A program made the position numbers and the translations under genes. Below are positions 51,213 through 61,999 of a stretch of DNA of 64,000 nucleotides, piece by piece. This DNA is from Gemmatimonadota bacterium (GTDB lineage Bacteria; Latescibacterota; UBA2968; UBA8231), in the NCBI GenBank assembly GCA_038153405.1, contig JAYOYH010000001.1, positions 64,156-128,155 on the forward strand, read 5' to 3'. Every line of letters starts with the position of its first letter. Positions within the stretch are counted from its first letter, which is position 1. Under the pieces are notes generated by a model. It worked only from the letters and a program-made list of their open reading frames with translations. It ran no database searches and had not been told where the DNA came from.

Positions 51213-52565
51213 ATGAGAGATACAGCGGTCATGAGCGCCGGCTGGGCATCGGTCGACTGCACGCCGCCATTGGGCTTGCCTATGGGCGGACGGGGAACGC
51301 GTTTTACGCCGGGGGCGGCCGTGCTCGATCCCCTGTGCATGCAAGCGCTGCTCTTGTGCGATGTCGGCGATAAGGCCCTCCTGCTATTATCGATCGATAT
51401 GATCGGCCTATCGGGTGATATGAGCGCGCGTTTTCGCCGCGAAATTGCCGCGCATAGCGGTCTGCCACCCAGCTGTATCGTGCTCAACTTTTCCCATACG
51501 CACAGCGGGCCGATGAGCGGTTACGAAGGCTATGCAACAGATCGACCCAAGCCGGCCGAAATGATTTCTTACGAAGAAAAATTGCTGGAAAAGGCCTGCT
51601 GGCTGGCCCGCGCTGCTCAGGGCAGCCAACAGCCTGCGCGCGTCTGCTGGCATCGGGGCACATCGCATATTGGCATCAATCGCCGCGCGCGTAACGAGCA
51701 AGGAGAGATGGCCCTTCGCCCCAATCCCAATGGACATTATAATCCAGATTTATGGGTATTGGATGTTGCCGGGGCCGACGGCCGACGCTGCATCGCCTTT
51801 TCCTATGGGTGTCATCCCGTTATGGTGTACGGCTACGCATGGGATGGCATTTCCGCCGATTTTCCCGGAGTCTGTCGCCGCGCTATACAGGAGGCGCTCG
51901 GTCCGCAGGTGCAGGCGCAGTATATCCAGGGACTAGCTGGCAATGTGCGTCCGCGGCTGCTGGCCAATATACAGCAGGGCGTCTTTGAAAAGGGGACGGC
52001 CGAATCGGTGTTGCAGGTTGGTCGCCAACTGGCCGGCGATGTGCTCAACGCATTGGGTAATGGAGGCGACGAGTTGGTGCTGGATATACGCGTGTGTTCC
52101 ACTTGGGTGATGGTAGAGCGCGATCAGCAGGTCTGGCCGCTGGCGCACTGGCAGGAACTGTCCGATAGCGCTGACCATATGCAGCGCGAATTGGGTCAGT
52201 ACTGGCTCAGTCGACTGCGAGAGGGGCCGCCGCCGGTGCGCGCTGTGCCGTGGGAAATAGGCCTGCTGCAGTTGGCGCCAGCGCACCGCATTGCCTTTTT
52301 TTCTGGTGAGGTGTTGGCCGAGTGGTTGCCGCTTATTCGCCGCTGGTTGGCCGATGAGCAACTCGTGGCCTGGGGCTACTGTCAAGATGGGCGCGGCTAT
52401 ATGCCTACCGATGCGCTGCTCGATGAGGGCGGCTACGAAGTGCTGCAGTCGAATGTATATAACAAGAGTGGTCCAGGGCCCTTTGCCAAGGGAATAGACG
52501 ATGCCGTGCGGCGCGCATTGGTCCGCCTACATTGGATGCTCGAACGCGAGGAGTGCGCGCTGTGA
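51213..52565 (+). CDS. Neutral/alkaline ceramidase-like hydrolase
   Basis: TPP...MGG, DPL, SHTHSGP, NRR, CHP, SADFPG, GY......Y.P and EGGYE. Confidence 0.75.
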   Translation: MRDTAVMSAGWASVDCTPPLGLPMGGRGTRFTPGAAVLDPLCMQALLLCDVGDKALLLLSIDMIGLSGDMSARFRREIAAHSGLPPSCIVLNFSHTHSGPMSGYEGYATDRPKPAEMISYEEKLLEKACWLARAAQGSQQPARVCWHRGTSHIGINRRARNEQGEMALRPNPNGHYNPDLWVLDVAGADGRRCIAFSYGCHPVMVYGYAWDGISADFPGVCRRAIQEALGPQVQAQYIQGLAGNVRPRLLANIQQGVFEKGTAESVLQVGRQLAGDVLNALGNGGDELVLDIRVCSTWVMVERDQQVWPLAHWQELSDSADHMQRELGQYWLSRLREGPPPVRAVPWEIGLLQLAPAHRIAFFSGEVLAEWLPLIRRWLADEQLVAWGYCQDGRGYMPTDALLDEGGYEVLQSNVYNKSGPGPFAKGIDDAVRRALVRLHWMLEREECAL

Positions 52566-53344
52566 AAATAGCAACGTACAATGTCTTGGGCCTGACCGGC
52601 TACCCACCCGCCGAAGCACAGAAGGATTTGGGACCGCCTGGCAGCGAGCAGCACGTGGCGCATTTTGCCAAAGTCTTTGCCTCGTTGGATTGCGATCTTA
52701 TCGCTCTGCAGGAAGGCGTCGCGGTGCGCCAGATGCAGCAGGTTGCCAAGTCTATGGGCTATTATCTGTCGACGCACCCCTCGCCCATTGCCTGGCCGGG
52801 ACACCTGCTGTCGCGCGTTCCCATCGTCGAGTCGCGCACGTTTAGTCACTGGAACCCCCACATCGACGTGCCGCCGTTTAGCCGCACGGCCGGCGCGTCG
52901 CTCGTCGAGGGGGCGGGAGGGAAAAGGTTGTGGGTAGTCAATGTGCATCTACATCCAGGCGACGTGGCGCTGCGTCGCGTAGAAGGCGACTTGCTTCGGG
53001 ATAGGATTGAGTCTCTGCTAGTCGACTGTCCCAACGTCGTCGTGCTCGGCGACTTTAACTGCGAAATAGATGAGCGCGTGCACGAAAATGTGCGTGCATT
53101 GGGCTTTGTCAATGCCGTGGAGCGCGCCTATGCCGGCGGCATTCAGGCGACGATGGACACCGTTGGCATTCGCACGCATTATATTGACCACATTTACTTC
53201 AGTCCGGCTTTAGCTCCTGCACTCCTATCGGCACAGGTTGTGCGGGCCGAGGGTTTTCGCCACGATGGTCCGCAGGTCGAGGGAGTGTGGGTACATTCAG
53301 ACCATCTGCCGGTGGTCGCCCAAATCGATTGGCCTCTTGCTTAG
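52562..53344 (+). CDS. Endonuclease/exonuclease/phosphatase family protein (catalytic motifs intact)
   Basis: ATYNV, LQE, NVHL, LGDFN, IDHI and SDHLPV. Confidence 0.88.
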   Translation: MKIATYNVLGLTGYPPAEAQKDLGPPGSEQHVAHFAKVFASLDCDLIALQEGVAVRQMQQVAKSMGYYLSTHPSPIAWPGHLLSRVPIVESRTFSHWNPHIDVPPFSRTAGASLVEGAGGKRLWVVNVHLHPGDVALRRVEGDLLRDRIESLLVDCPNVVVLGDFNCEIDERVHENVRALGFVNAVERAYAGGIQATMDTVGIRTHYIDHIYFSPALAPALLSAQVVRAEGFRHDGPQVEGVWVHSDHLPVVAQIDWPLA

Positions 53345-53354
53345 AAGGGATATT

Positions 53355-55529
53355 ATGAGCGAACGCATACGAGTGGGAGCGTTACACGTCGACGCCGCGC
53401 TGTACGCGCTGGTGCGCGACGAAATTGCACCGGGCACGGGCGTCGAATCCGAACGGATCTGGCAGGGGCTGCAGGCGATCATCGAAGAACTTGGTTCGCG
53501 TCACAGCGCCCTGTTGTCCCAGCGCGACGATATGCAGCGTCTGATTGACCAGTGGCACCTGCAGCGTCGCGGTGCGCCGTTAGACGGTGAGGCCTATCGC
53601 CAGTTTTTGCGCGAAATAGGCTATATAGAAGAAGGGGTAGAGCATGTTTCAGTTACGACGGAAAACGTCGACCGCGAAGTTGCTCAGGTCGCCGGCCCCC
53701 AGCTGGTCGTGCCCGTTGACAACGCGCGCTATTGCATCAATGCCGCCAATGCGCGCTGGGGCAGTCTCTACGATGCGCTCTACGGAACGGATGCCATAGC
53801 CGAAGACGGCGGTGCCGAGCGCGGCGATGCGTATAACCCGGTGCGCGGTGCGCGCGTCGTGGCCCAGGCCAACGCGTTTCTGGACGGCGCCGTGCCTCTG
53901 CGCGAGGGGGGCTACGACGGAGTGTGCGGTTTGGCGCTGGTTGACGAGGGGGGCCGCAAGCACCTGCAGGTGCAAATAGAGCAGGGCGTAACGGAACTGC
54001 GCGATCCGTCGCAGTGGGTCGGCTATGTCGAAGAAGAGGGCCAGCTGCGCTGCGTGCTGATGGTCAACAACGGATTGCATATTGAGATACACATAGATCC
54101 CAGTGATCCGATTGGTCAGGCGCATCCGGCCGGTATTAAGGACGTGGTGCTGGAGGCGGCCATTACGACCATTCAAGACTGCGAAGACTCGGTGTCCGCC
54201 GTCGATGCGGCTGACAAAGTGCGCGTCTACAGAAATTGGTGCGGTCTGATGAAGGGGGATTTGCGCGCTCAGTTTGACAAGGGAGATCGCCCCATAACGC
54301 GCCGACTCAATGCCGATCGCCGCTATTGCGATCCGGCTGGACAGCCGCTAGTACTTCCGGGTCGCAGCCTGCTACTGGTGCGCAATGTCGGCATCCACAT
54401 GTATACTGACGCCGTGCTAACGGCCGATGGCCAAGCCATTCCAGAGGGGTTTCTCGATGCGCTGATCACCTCGCTTGCAGCGCTCCACGACCTGCGCAGT
54501 GCGGGCGAAATAAAGAATAGCCGCACGGGCAGTGTGTATATCGTCAAGCCCAAAATGCATGGGCCAGCCGAAGTGGCGGCGACGGTCGCCCTCTTTGGTA
54601 GGGTAGAGGAGGTCCTGGGGCTGCCGCGCAACACGCTGAAGATCGGCATCATGGACGAAGAGCGGCGCACTACGGTCAATCTGGCGCGCGCCATCGCCCA
54701 GGCCAGCGAGCGATTAATTTTTATCAATACCGGTTTTCTCGATCGCACGGGCGATGAAATCCACACCAGTATGGAAGCGGGTCCGATGTTGCCCAAGGGG
54801 CAGATTAAAGAGCAGAAGTGGCTGCAGGCCTACGAAGATTGGAACGTCGATATCGGCATTGAAACAGGGTTGGTAGGACGCGGGCAAATAGGCAAGGGGA
54901 TGTGGGCTATGCCGGATGCCATGCGCGCTATGCTACAGGCCAAGATTGGCCACCCACAGGCCGGTGCGAGTACGGCGTGGGTGCCGTCGCCGACGGCGGC
55001 CGTGCTGCACGCCATGCACTATCACGAGGTCTCCGTGACACAGCGCCAGCGTGCGTTAGCGCAGCGCCAGCGCGCATCGCTGGAAGATATCCTGACGCCG
55101 CCGCTGTTGGGCCAAGAGCTGAGCGCAGAAGAAATTCAGCGCGAATTGGACAACAATGCCCAGGGGATATTGGGCTATGTCTCGCGCTGGGTTGGCCAGG
55201 GCATCGGCTGTTCGAAAGTGCCCGACATTAATGACGTCGGGCTAATGGAAGACCGCGCCACGCTGCGCATTTCCAGTCAACACATCGCCAACTGGCTGCA
55301 CCACGGTCTCGTCGATGCGGCGCAGGTGCGTGCCACTTTTGCGCGCATGGCCGAAGTCGTCGACCGGCAAAATGCCGGGGATGTGGCCTATGTGCCGATG
55401 GCGGAAAATCTGGATGCCAGCGTCGGTTTTCAAGCCGCGCTAGACTTGGTGTTTAACGGGCGTCAAGAGCCCAATGGGTATACCGAGAACGTGCTGCATA
55501 CGCGCCGTCGCCAGGCCAAGTTGGCGTGA
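53355..55529 (+). CDS. glcB: Malate synthase G
   Basis: [57 protein letters not shown] and [12 protein letters not shown]. Confidence 0.96.
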   Translation: MSERIRVGALHVDAALYALVRDEIAPGTGVESERIWQGLQAIIEELGSRHSALLSQRDDMQRLIDQWHLQRRGAPLDGEAYRQFLREIGYIEEGVEHVSVTTENVDREVAQVAGPQLVVPVDNARYCINAANARWGSLYDALYGTDAIAEDGGAERGDAYNPVRGARVVAQANAFLDGAVPLREGGYDGVCGLALVDEGGRKHLQVQIEQGVTELRDPSQWVGYVEEEGQLRCVLMVNNGLHIEIHIDPSDPIGQAHPAGIKDVVLEAAITTIQDCEDSVSAVDAADKVRVYRNWCGLMKGDLRAQFDKGDRPITRRLNADRRYCDPAGQPLVLPGRSLLLVRNVGIHMYTDAVLTADGQAIPEGFLDALITSLAALHDLRSAGEIKNSRTGSVYIVKPKMHGPAEVAATVALFGRVEEVLGLPRNTLKIGIMDEERRTTVNLARAIAQASERLIFINTGFLDRTGDEIHTSMEAGPMLPKGQIKEQKWLQAYEDWNVDIGIETGLVGRGQIGKGMWAMPDAMRAMLQAKIGHPQAGASTAWVPSPTAAVLHAMHYHEVSVTQRQRALAQRQRASLEDILTPPLLGQELSAEEIQRELDNNAQGILGYVSRWVGQGIGCSKVPDINDVGLMEDRATLRISSQHIANWLHHGLVDAAQVRATFARMAEVVDRQNAGDVAYVPMAENLDASVGFQAALDLVFNGRQEPNGYTENVLHTRRRQAKLA

Positions 55530-55530
55530 T

Positions 55531-56007
55531 ATGGCCGAAGAGATCGAGCGCAAATTTCTCGTTGCCGATCCCTCGTTTTTGCACGGTGTAGAAGGCATTG
55601 ACTGCACGCAGGGCTATATGCCCGGACGAGAGCGCAGTGTCGTGCGCATTCGCATAAAGGGTCAGCGAGGGTTTTTGACGATAAAGAGTGCCGCGCGTGG
55701 CATTGCGCGCAGCGAATTCGAATACGAAATACCGCTGTCTGACGCGCGGGAAATGCTCGCGTTGCTCTGCGATAAGCCGCTGGTCGAAAAGACGCGCTAC
55801 GAGGTGTCCTTTGCTGACAATTTATGGGAAGTCGACGTATTTAGCGGGCTGAACAACGGATTGGTGCTGGCCGAAATAGAGCTGGAAGCAGCCGATCAAG
55901 ACTTTGAGAAGCCGCCGTGGCTAGGCCGAGAAGTGTCGCATGACGATCGCTATTTCAACTCGCAGCTTGCGCGCAATCCCTACAGCACCTGGGCGTCGGC
56001 AGATTAG
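55531..56007 (+). CDS. CYTH domain protein (triphosphatase)
   Basis: EIERKFL, QGY, RIR, LTIK, EKTRY, WEVD and AEIEL. Confidence 0.92.
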   Translation: MAEEIERKFLVADPSFLHGVEGIDCTQGYMPGRERSVVRIRIKGQRGFLTIKSAARGIARSEFEYEIPLSDAREMLALLCDKPLVEKTRYEVSFADNLWEVDVFSGLNNGLVLAEIELEAADQDFEKPPWLGREVSHDDRYFNSQLARNPYSTWASAD

Positions 56008-56019
56008 CGCGTGCCTCGC

Positions 56020-56373
56020 TCAATGCGTGCGGAGGTAATCGCGCACTCGCTCAATCCACTCGGCTGGTAGGTCCTGCGGCGAGCGCACCTGAAAGACTTC
56101 ACCGTGCGTCGCATTCGTCCAGTGTAAGTGAGCCTGTGCGTCGTCAAAGTGCAGTTGGCCCTGTGCAAAGCCCCGCTCTTGCTGCGCTCCGCGGCGATCC
56201 ATCGAGCGAAAATCTAGTCTCCGCAGCGCTCTTTTATCGCCGTCGAAGTAAAGCCAAAAAAATACGCGATCCGGCGGTGCATCAGCTGGTCCATCGCATC
56301 TTTTAACCTCGATCAGACCGTTTGACGCATTGGAAAAGTAGAAGAGAACCTGAAATGTCGGTGGCTGTGTCAT
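56020..56373 (-). CDS. Hypothetical protein (117 aa)
   Basis: Open ORF filling the gap downstream of nadC; no motif recognised. Confidence 0.55.
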   Translation of the reverse strand: MTQPPTFQVLFYFSNASNGLIEVKRCDGPADAPPDRVFFWLYFDGDKRALRRLDFRSMDRRGAQQERGFAQGQLHFDDAQAHLHWTNATHGEVFQVRSPQDLPAEWIERVRDYLRTH

Positions 56374-56411
56374 ATGTGTTTGTAGATCACTCGGTTTCGT
56401 AGGAGAGAGAC

Positions 56412-57302
56412 TCAGTCGATCAGCAGGCTCAAATCGAGTGCGGGAGCTGAGTGGGTTAGCGAGCCAATGGAGATCAGGTCGACGCCGGTCTGCGCGGCTC
56501 CGGAAACGGTTTCCAACGTGTAGCCTCCCGTTGCCTCGATTGCGATGGCTGCGCTGACGCGGCGAATGCGTTCTACGGCCTGGCGCATGGTATCGTTGTC
56601 CATATTGTCCAGCATAATGCGCTGGGGATTTAGGCCGATGAGGCTATCCACTTCTTCTAAGGTTTCGGCTTCGACAAAAATGGGCACGCTGCGACCGCTC
56701 TGGGCCGCGGCTGCGCGCGCCCTGCGCACCGCCGCGGCTACGCCTCCGCACGAAGCGGCGTGATTTTCCTTGATGAGCACGGCGTCGTGCAGGCCGATGC
56801 GGTGGTTGACGCCGCCGCCTTGGACGACGGCCCACTTTTGCAGGTGGCGCCAGCCGGGGGTGGTTTTGCGGGTGTCGGTGATGCTGGCGGCGGTGCCGAC
56901 AATGGCCTCGACAAAGCGGCGCGTATGGCTGGCCACTCCAGATAGCTTCTGCAAAAAGTTGAGGGCCGTGCGCTCGCCGCACAGCAGCACGGAGGTGCGA
57001 CCCTGCAAGCGAACGATAATCTGATCGGCTTCAACGGACTGGCCGTCGGCTACAGCGGCAGAAAAATGGGTCGTTGGATCGAGTCGCGCGAAGGTCATTC
57101 GGGCTAACTCTATGCCGGCGACAACGCCGGGGCGACGCGCGACAATGCGGGCGCTGGCTTGGGCTTCAGCATCGAGCGTCCAGGCCGAAGTTATGTCGTT
57201 CTGGAGGTCGACGGTGCCGCCGAGGTCTTCGCTGAGCGCCTGCTCAACTAGCGGAATATATTCGGCCCAATTGAGCCCATTGCATTGGTTAGAACTGATC
57301 AT
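56412..57302 (-). CDS. nadC: Quinolinate phosphoribosyltransferase
   Basis: ERTALNFLQ.LSG, DTRKTTPG, NHR.GL.D..LIKENH, MLDNM, EATGG and ISIGSLTHS. Confidence 0.95.
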   Translation of the reverse strand: MISSNQCNGLNWAEYIPLVEQALSEDLGGTVDLQNDITSAWTLDAEAQASARIVARRPGVVAGIELARMTFARLDPTTHFSAAVADGQSVEADQIIVRLQGRTSVLLCGERTALNFLQKLSGVASHTRRFVEAIVGTAASITDTRKTTPGWRHLQKWAVVQGGGVNHRIGLHDAVLIKENHAASCGGVAAAVRRARAAAAQSGRSVPIFVEAETLEEVDSLIGLNPQRIMLDNMDNDTMRQAVERIRRVSAAIAIEATGGYTLETVSGAAQTGVDLISIGSLTHSAPALDLSLLID

Positions 57303-57552
57303 ATTGGATCTCGTACTCGTTGGCCCATAGCGGTCTTAAAGAGGAAATGGCCGTTTACCTGCTAGCGATAGAAGAACTTGATGAGCAAAGGCGATGGCGT
57401 CAATTGACGACTCTATTTGTTCTGTTGCTGTAGCGTTTTTCAAGCCGTTGGGCGGGGTAGACAAGTGCCGGGAGCAGGGCTATTATTCAGGGCGTGCGGC
57501 GGGCGTATGGCACACTCGACGATGCAGCGGATATCCAGCGGAAGAAAGAGGC

Positions 57553-59718
57553 ATGCAAAGCGATCACACAACGATGTACGGCTGGGCCGAGATCGAACCG
57601 GTAGGACAAGTCGTGGCCGGCAGCACGGCGTCGTTTGCGCTGACATATCACGTAGGTCGCTACGGGATGGACGACGGAGGAACGCTGAAAGTCTGCGTGC
57701 GCTTTGCATCCGATTGGGGTTATCCGCAGTTCGACGATCCGCAGGGGCTCAACTATGCTACGGTCGAGACTAGTGGACGGGGAAAGATACGCTATCGCTT
57801 TGATTTGAAGGGCTATATTCGCCCCTTTCAAAAGTGCCTAGTCGTCGACGTCGAGCAGTGGGCGCTGGCCGAAGGCGATGTCATACGCATCGTCTACGGC
57901 GATCGTTCAGCCGGTTCGCCCGGTACAGTCGTGCAGACTTTTCGCGAGTATCGATTCCAGTATAAAGTGGCCGTCGACTGCTTTGGCACGGGTCAATTCG
58001 TCGAACTGTTGGAGCATCCCGAACTGGAGATCGTCCCCGATTGCGCCGCCAAACTCGTTCTGGTCACACCGAGTCAAGTGGCTCCTGACGGCGCGTTCGA
58101 TCTCGGGGTCAAGCTGGAAGATACTTGGGGCAATCCGGCCGTGGGGTTTTGTGGTGAGGTTGTCATAGACAATGCCGACGACTTTGTCGGACTGCCCGAG
58201 CACTGTGTTTTTGGCGCCGATGAAGGAGGAGTACGGCGCTTGCAGGGCGTGCGCTGTCGGCAACCTGGCACCTGGCGCGTGCGCGCGCACAGCGGCCACC
58301 TGCGCGCCGAGAGCAATCCGATTGAGTGCGCGACTGCGCTCGACGCGCTGCGGCCCTTTTGGGGCGATCTACACGGCCAGAGCGGAGAGACCGTCGGCAC
58401 CAATGCGGTAGAGGACTACTTTCGCTTTGCCCGCGATGTGGCGCTGCTCGACTTTGCCGGTCACCAGGGTAACGATTTCCAGATAACAAAAGAGACGTGG
58501 GCGGAAATCGGCCGCTGCGCGCGTGCATTTTGCGAAGATGGGCGCTTTGTGAGCTTTCCCGGCTACGAATGGTCGGCCAATACGCCGGCCGGTGGCGACC
58601 GCAACGTCTACTATCTGCGCGACGGAGAAGATATCTATCGCACGAGCCACTGGCAGGTGGCCGATCGCTCGGATGCCGATGCCGATTGCTATCCGGTGGG
58701 CGAACTCTTTGAACGGCTGCGCGACAAGGAGGCCCTCGTTGTTCCGCACATTGGCGGGCGCCCGGCCGATCTGCGCTTTCACGATCCGCAGTTAGAGCCC
58801 GTTATCGAAATATATTCTGCGTGGGGACAGTTTGAGTGGTTGCTGCGCGAGGCCATTGAACGCGGGTATAAGGTGGGCTTTGTCGCCGGCAGCGACGATC
58901 ACAAGGGCCGTCCCGGAGCGAGCTACCCCGGCTCATCGTCCTTTGGCGTCTATGGTGGACTGACCTGCGTTCTGGCAAGCGAACTGAGCCGTGAGGGCAT
59001 ATGGAGGGCGATCAAGGCGCGGCGCTGCTACGCGACGAGCGGACAGCGCATCGCCCTGGACGTGCGCGCTGACGGACATCGGATGGGCGAGGAGTTTCGC
59101 GCCGAGGGCATGCCGCATATCGAAGTGCGCGCCGATGGGACGGCAGCTATTGAAGAAATGCGCGTGATGCGCGGTTTGGAGACGGTCTACCGCTATCCAG
59201 AGCAGATGCCGCGCGATCGCAAGCGCCTGCGCATCAAGTGGAGCGGAGCCCTTATTCGGGGGCGCGCGCGCATTGCGCGTTGGGATGGTCAACTGTCGCT
59301 GCGCAATGGGCGCATCAAGGCGGTCCAACCCTTTGCTTTCGATAGCGCGGCCGAATACGTGGAACGCTGGGATGAACACGGCATCTGGTGGAGGTCGGTT
59401 ACGTCGGGTGACGAAGACGGACTGATTATCGACGTCGAACTCGAAGAGAGTGCCGAACTCCACTTTGCCGCAGAGCCGGCCGAGTTTGTTTTGGCTCTTG
59501 GCGGACTGGGCGACGGCGTGCACTGCGTAGAGGCGGGTGGAGAAGAGTTGCGCGTAGAGGTCGAATTTCTGCCGCTGGGCGTCGGCGATGCACACTGTGC
59601 CTTCAGCTGGACCGACCGGGCGCCGTTGGCTGGTTGTACGCCCTATTATGTACGCTTGACCCAAGTCGACGGCGCGCGCGCTTGGAGCAGTCCCTTCTAC
59701 ATACACTGCGGGAGGTAG
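57553..59718 (+). CDS. DUF3604 family PHP-like metallohydrolase
   Basis: WGDLHGQS, GYEWS, GGDRNV, VPH, AGSDDH, YATSG and YYVRL.Q.DG..AWSSP; TAGACA-N17-TATTAT at 57458-57486. Confidence 0.8.
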   Translation: MQSDHTTMYGWAEIEPVGQVVAGSTASFALTYHVGRYGMDDGGTLKVCVRFASDWGYPQFDDPQGLNYATVETSGRGKIRYRFDLKGYIRPFQKCLVVDVEQWALAEGDVIRIVYGDRSAGSPGTVVQTFREYRFQYKVAVDCFGTGQFVELLEHPELEIVPDCAAKLVLVTPSQVAPDGAFDLGVKLEDTWGNPAVGFCGEVVIDNADDFVGLPEHCVFGADEGGVRRLQGVRCRQPGTWRVRAHSGHLRAESNPIECATALDALRPFWGDLHGQSGETVGTNAVEDYFRFARDVALLDFAGHQGNDFQITKETWAEIGRCARAFCEDGRFVSFPGYEWSANTPAGGDRNVYYLRDGEDIYRTSHWQVADRSDADADCYPVGELFERLRDKEALVVPHIGGRPADLRFHDPQLEPVIEIYSAWGQFEWLLREAIERGYKVGFVAGSDDHKGRPGASYPGSSSFGVYGGLTCVLASELSREGIWRAIKARRCYATSGQRIALDVRADGHRMGEEFRAEGMPHIEVRADGTAAIEEMRVMRGLETVYRYPEQMPRDRKRLRIKWSGALIRGRARIARWDGQLSLRNGRIKAVQPFAFDSAAEYVERWDEHGIWWRSVTSGDEDGLIIDVELEESAELHFAAEPAEFVLALGGLGDGVHCVEAGGEELRVEVEFLPLGVGDAHCAFSWTDRAPLAGCTPYYVRLTQVDGARAWSSPFYIHCGR

Positions 59719-59722
59719 GGCC

Positions 59723-61444
59723 GTGTTGACGCTGGCACACGTAACGCACGAGGCGGTGCATCAGGCCGGTGGCATCGGCACGGTGCTGCGCGGTCTGATC
59801 ACGGCAGCAGCCTATCGGAACGCGGTAGATCGAACGCTGCTCATCGGCACGGTTTCGGGCGACGACGGACAGCCGCTAGGTCGCGATGGTGAAGTGCTAT
59901 ACGATCGCCGGGCGGGTGTCGGGGACCGCCAAGTGGGCGCGCTGCTCGATCCGGTCGAAGCTCGCTATGCCACGCGATTGGTCTATGGGCGACGCCCTCT
60001 CCGGCACGAGGATAAGGCGTGTTGGGTCGAGGTGCTATTGGTCGATGTCACCAACGCCCCGCGCGGGCTCGATGATTTTAAATACTACCTCGCTCAGAAC
60101 TTTGGCATTGATTCGCGGCGCTACGAGCACGATTGGGAATACGAGCACTATCTGCGCCTAGCCGAACCGGGCTTTGCCGCGCTGGAAGCCCTCTGTGGTG
60201 CGGGCGATGGCGCGTGCCATATTGTCGCTCACGAATTTATGGGCTTGGGTTTGGCCTACAGGGCCATTATGCAGGGCGATAATCGCTATAAGACCGTGTT
60301 CTACGCGCACGAAGTGGCCACGGTGCGTCCGCTCATAGAGGACGGAGAGGGGCGCGATATCGCCTTCTATAACGCCCTGCGCCGCGGCCGTGCAGAGGGC
60401 ACTTATATAGAGGACTACTTCGGCACACAAAATGGCTATTTCAAACACGCCCTCGTGCGCCAGGCATGGCGCTGCGATGCGGTACTCGCCGTCGGTGACC
60501 TGGTCGTCGACGAGCTGCGCTTTCTCGGCCCAGAGTTCGCCAAACGGACCATTGACTTGGTCTACAACGGCGTGCCTGCACACCAGCTGAGTCGCGCTGA
60601 AAAGGAGCGCGCTTCGGACAAGTTAAAAGCCGTATGTGAAGGCCTGCTGGGATGGAAGCCGGAGTGGTTATTCACCCACGTTACGCGCCTAGTGCGCAGC
60701 AAGGGACTGTGGCGCGATCTGCTCGTATTGGAGCACTTGGACGAGGCATTGGCAGCACGTCGTGAGCGCGCCGTATTTATTGCGCTAAGCTCGGAGATCG
60801 GGCGTCGCAGCGGGGAGTCTGTGCGTTTGATGGCTGGCCAATACGCGTGGCCTCTCGTGCATCGCGAAGGGGGCGCCGACTTAAGTCCGGGCGAATTGGA
60901 TTTCGACTTGCAGGTTCGCGCCTTTAACGCGCGTTCGCGCGCGGTGCGCGTTCTCTTTGTCAACCAGTTTGGCTGGGATCGCGCCAGCTGCGGCGAGTGG
61001 ATGCCGGAGGATATGCAGTTTGCCGATCTGCGCCGCGGCAGTGACGTGGAGTTTGGCCAGTCGATCTACGAACCCTTTGGTATAGCGCAGGTCGAACCGC
61101 TGAGCTTTGGCGCGTTGAGCGTTGTCAGCGATGTATGCGGCTGCGTCGGCTTTGTCGAGCGCAGCCAACCCGCCGACGGGTCGTTTGACGGTTTATTGGT
61201 GGGTGCCTACACGGATACGGGCTCACAACAAATCACCTCGCCAAGGGATATTGGCGCTCAATTTGTCGCGGAAAACGAGCGGCGACAGAGCCGCACAGTG
61301 GCCGCTGCGCTGGACGCGGCGCTGCAGGGAGGGCGCGATAGACAGGACGAGCGGCTGCGACAGGGGTTTGCCACGGCTGCGTCCATGAGCTGGGAACGCG
61401 TTGCTGCCGATTGGCTAGCGCCGGTGCTGGCGCGTATGGCCTAG
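59723..61444 (+). CDS. GT-B glycosyltransferase, glycogen synthase (GT3)-like
   Basis: HEA..AGGIGTVL, AHEFM, YAHE, VYNG, R...SKG and YEPFGIAQVE. Confidence 0.7.
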   Translation: MLTLAHVTHEAVHQAGGIGTVLRGLITAAAYRNAVDRTLLIGTVSGDDGQPLGRDGEVLYDRRAGVGDRQVGALLDPVEARYATRLVYGRRPLRHEDKACWVEVLLVDVTNAPRGLDDFKYYLAQNFGIDSRRYEHDWEYEHYLRLAEPGFAALEALCGAGDGACHIVAHEFMGLGLAYRAIMQGDNRYKTVFYAHEVATVRPLIEDGEGRDIAFYNALRRGRAEGTYIEDYFGTQNGYFKHALVRQAWRCDAVLAVGDLVVDELRFLGPEFAKRTIDLVYNGVPAHQLSRAEKERASDKLKAVCEGLLGWKPEWLFTHVTRLVRSKGLWRDLLVLEHLDEALAARRERAVFIALSSEIGRRSGESVRLMAGQYAWPLVHREGGADLSPGELDFDLQVRAFNARSRAVRVLFVNQFGWDRASCGEWMPEDMQFADLRRGSDVEFGQSIYEPFGIAQVEPLSFGALSVVSDVCGCVGFVERSQPADGSFDGLLVGAYTDTGSQQITSPRDIGAQFVAENERRQSRTVAAALDAALQGGRDRQDERLRQGFATAASMSWERVAADWLAPVLARMA

Positions 61445-61546
61445 TGCGAAAACGCACACGTCCGCGCATGGGCTGACAGAGAATGTCATGTTGGTGTGAA
61501 GCGATTGGAAAGTAAGACTGAATCAGGCGGAAGCGGCTCGGTCCGT

Positions 61547-61930
61547 CTATAGCTCGCCGAGGGGATCGGCGGAGAGTATTTCGCGCACTCTAGTGAGCAG
61601 CAGATCCGTCTGAATGGGCTTTTTGATTACGGCGTAGACGCATCCGGGCTGGTGAATGGTTAGATCCTCATCGACCCACCCCGATACGACGATGATGGGC
61701 ACCTCGTCGCCTTGGTCGCGAACCATATAGAGGAATTCCTCGCCGTCAAACTGCCCGGGCATGTGTAAATCTAACAGGATGAGGTCGTAGCGATTTTCGC
61801 GCAGGGTTTGCAGTGCGGCCTCCGCATTGTCGACCTCTTCAGCCTGAAACCCTGCTGTGCTGAGAATGCGCATCAACAGCTCGCGAATCGCGGCCTCATC
61901 TTCAATGATGAGTATCTTTTTGTCTTCCAT
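61547..61930 (-). CDS. Single-domain response regulator (CheY-like receiver)
   Basis: ILIIEDE, LLDLHMP, VSG and KP. Confidence 0.9.
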   Translation of the reverse strand: MEDKKILIIEDEAAIRELLMRILSTAGFQAEEVDNAEAALQTLRENRYDLILLDLHMPGQFDGEEFLYMVRDQGDEVPIIVVSGWVDEDLTIHQPGCVYAVIKKPIQTDLLLTRVREILSADPLGEL

Positions 61931-61999
61931 TAAGTAAGTCCTGCTGAGTTACAAACTGACGCTAAGATAGGTTGCCAATGGATTTGGGGCAATTAATTT

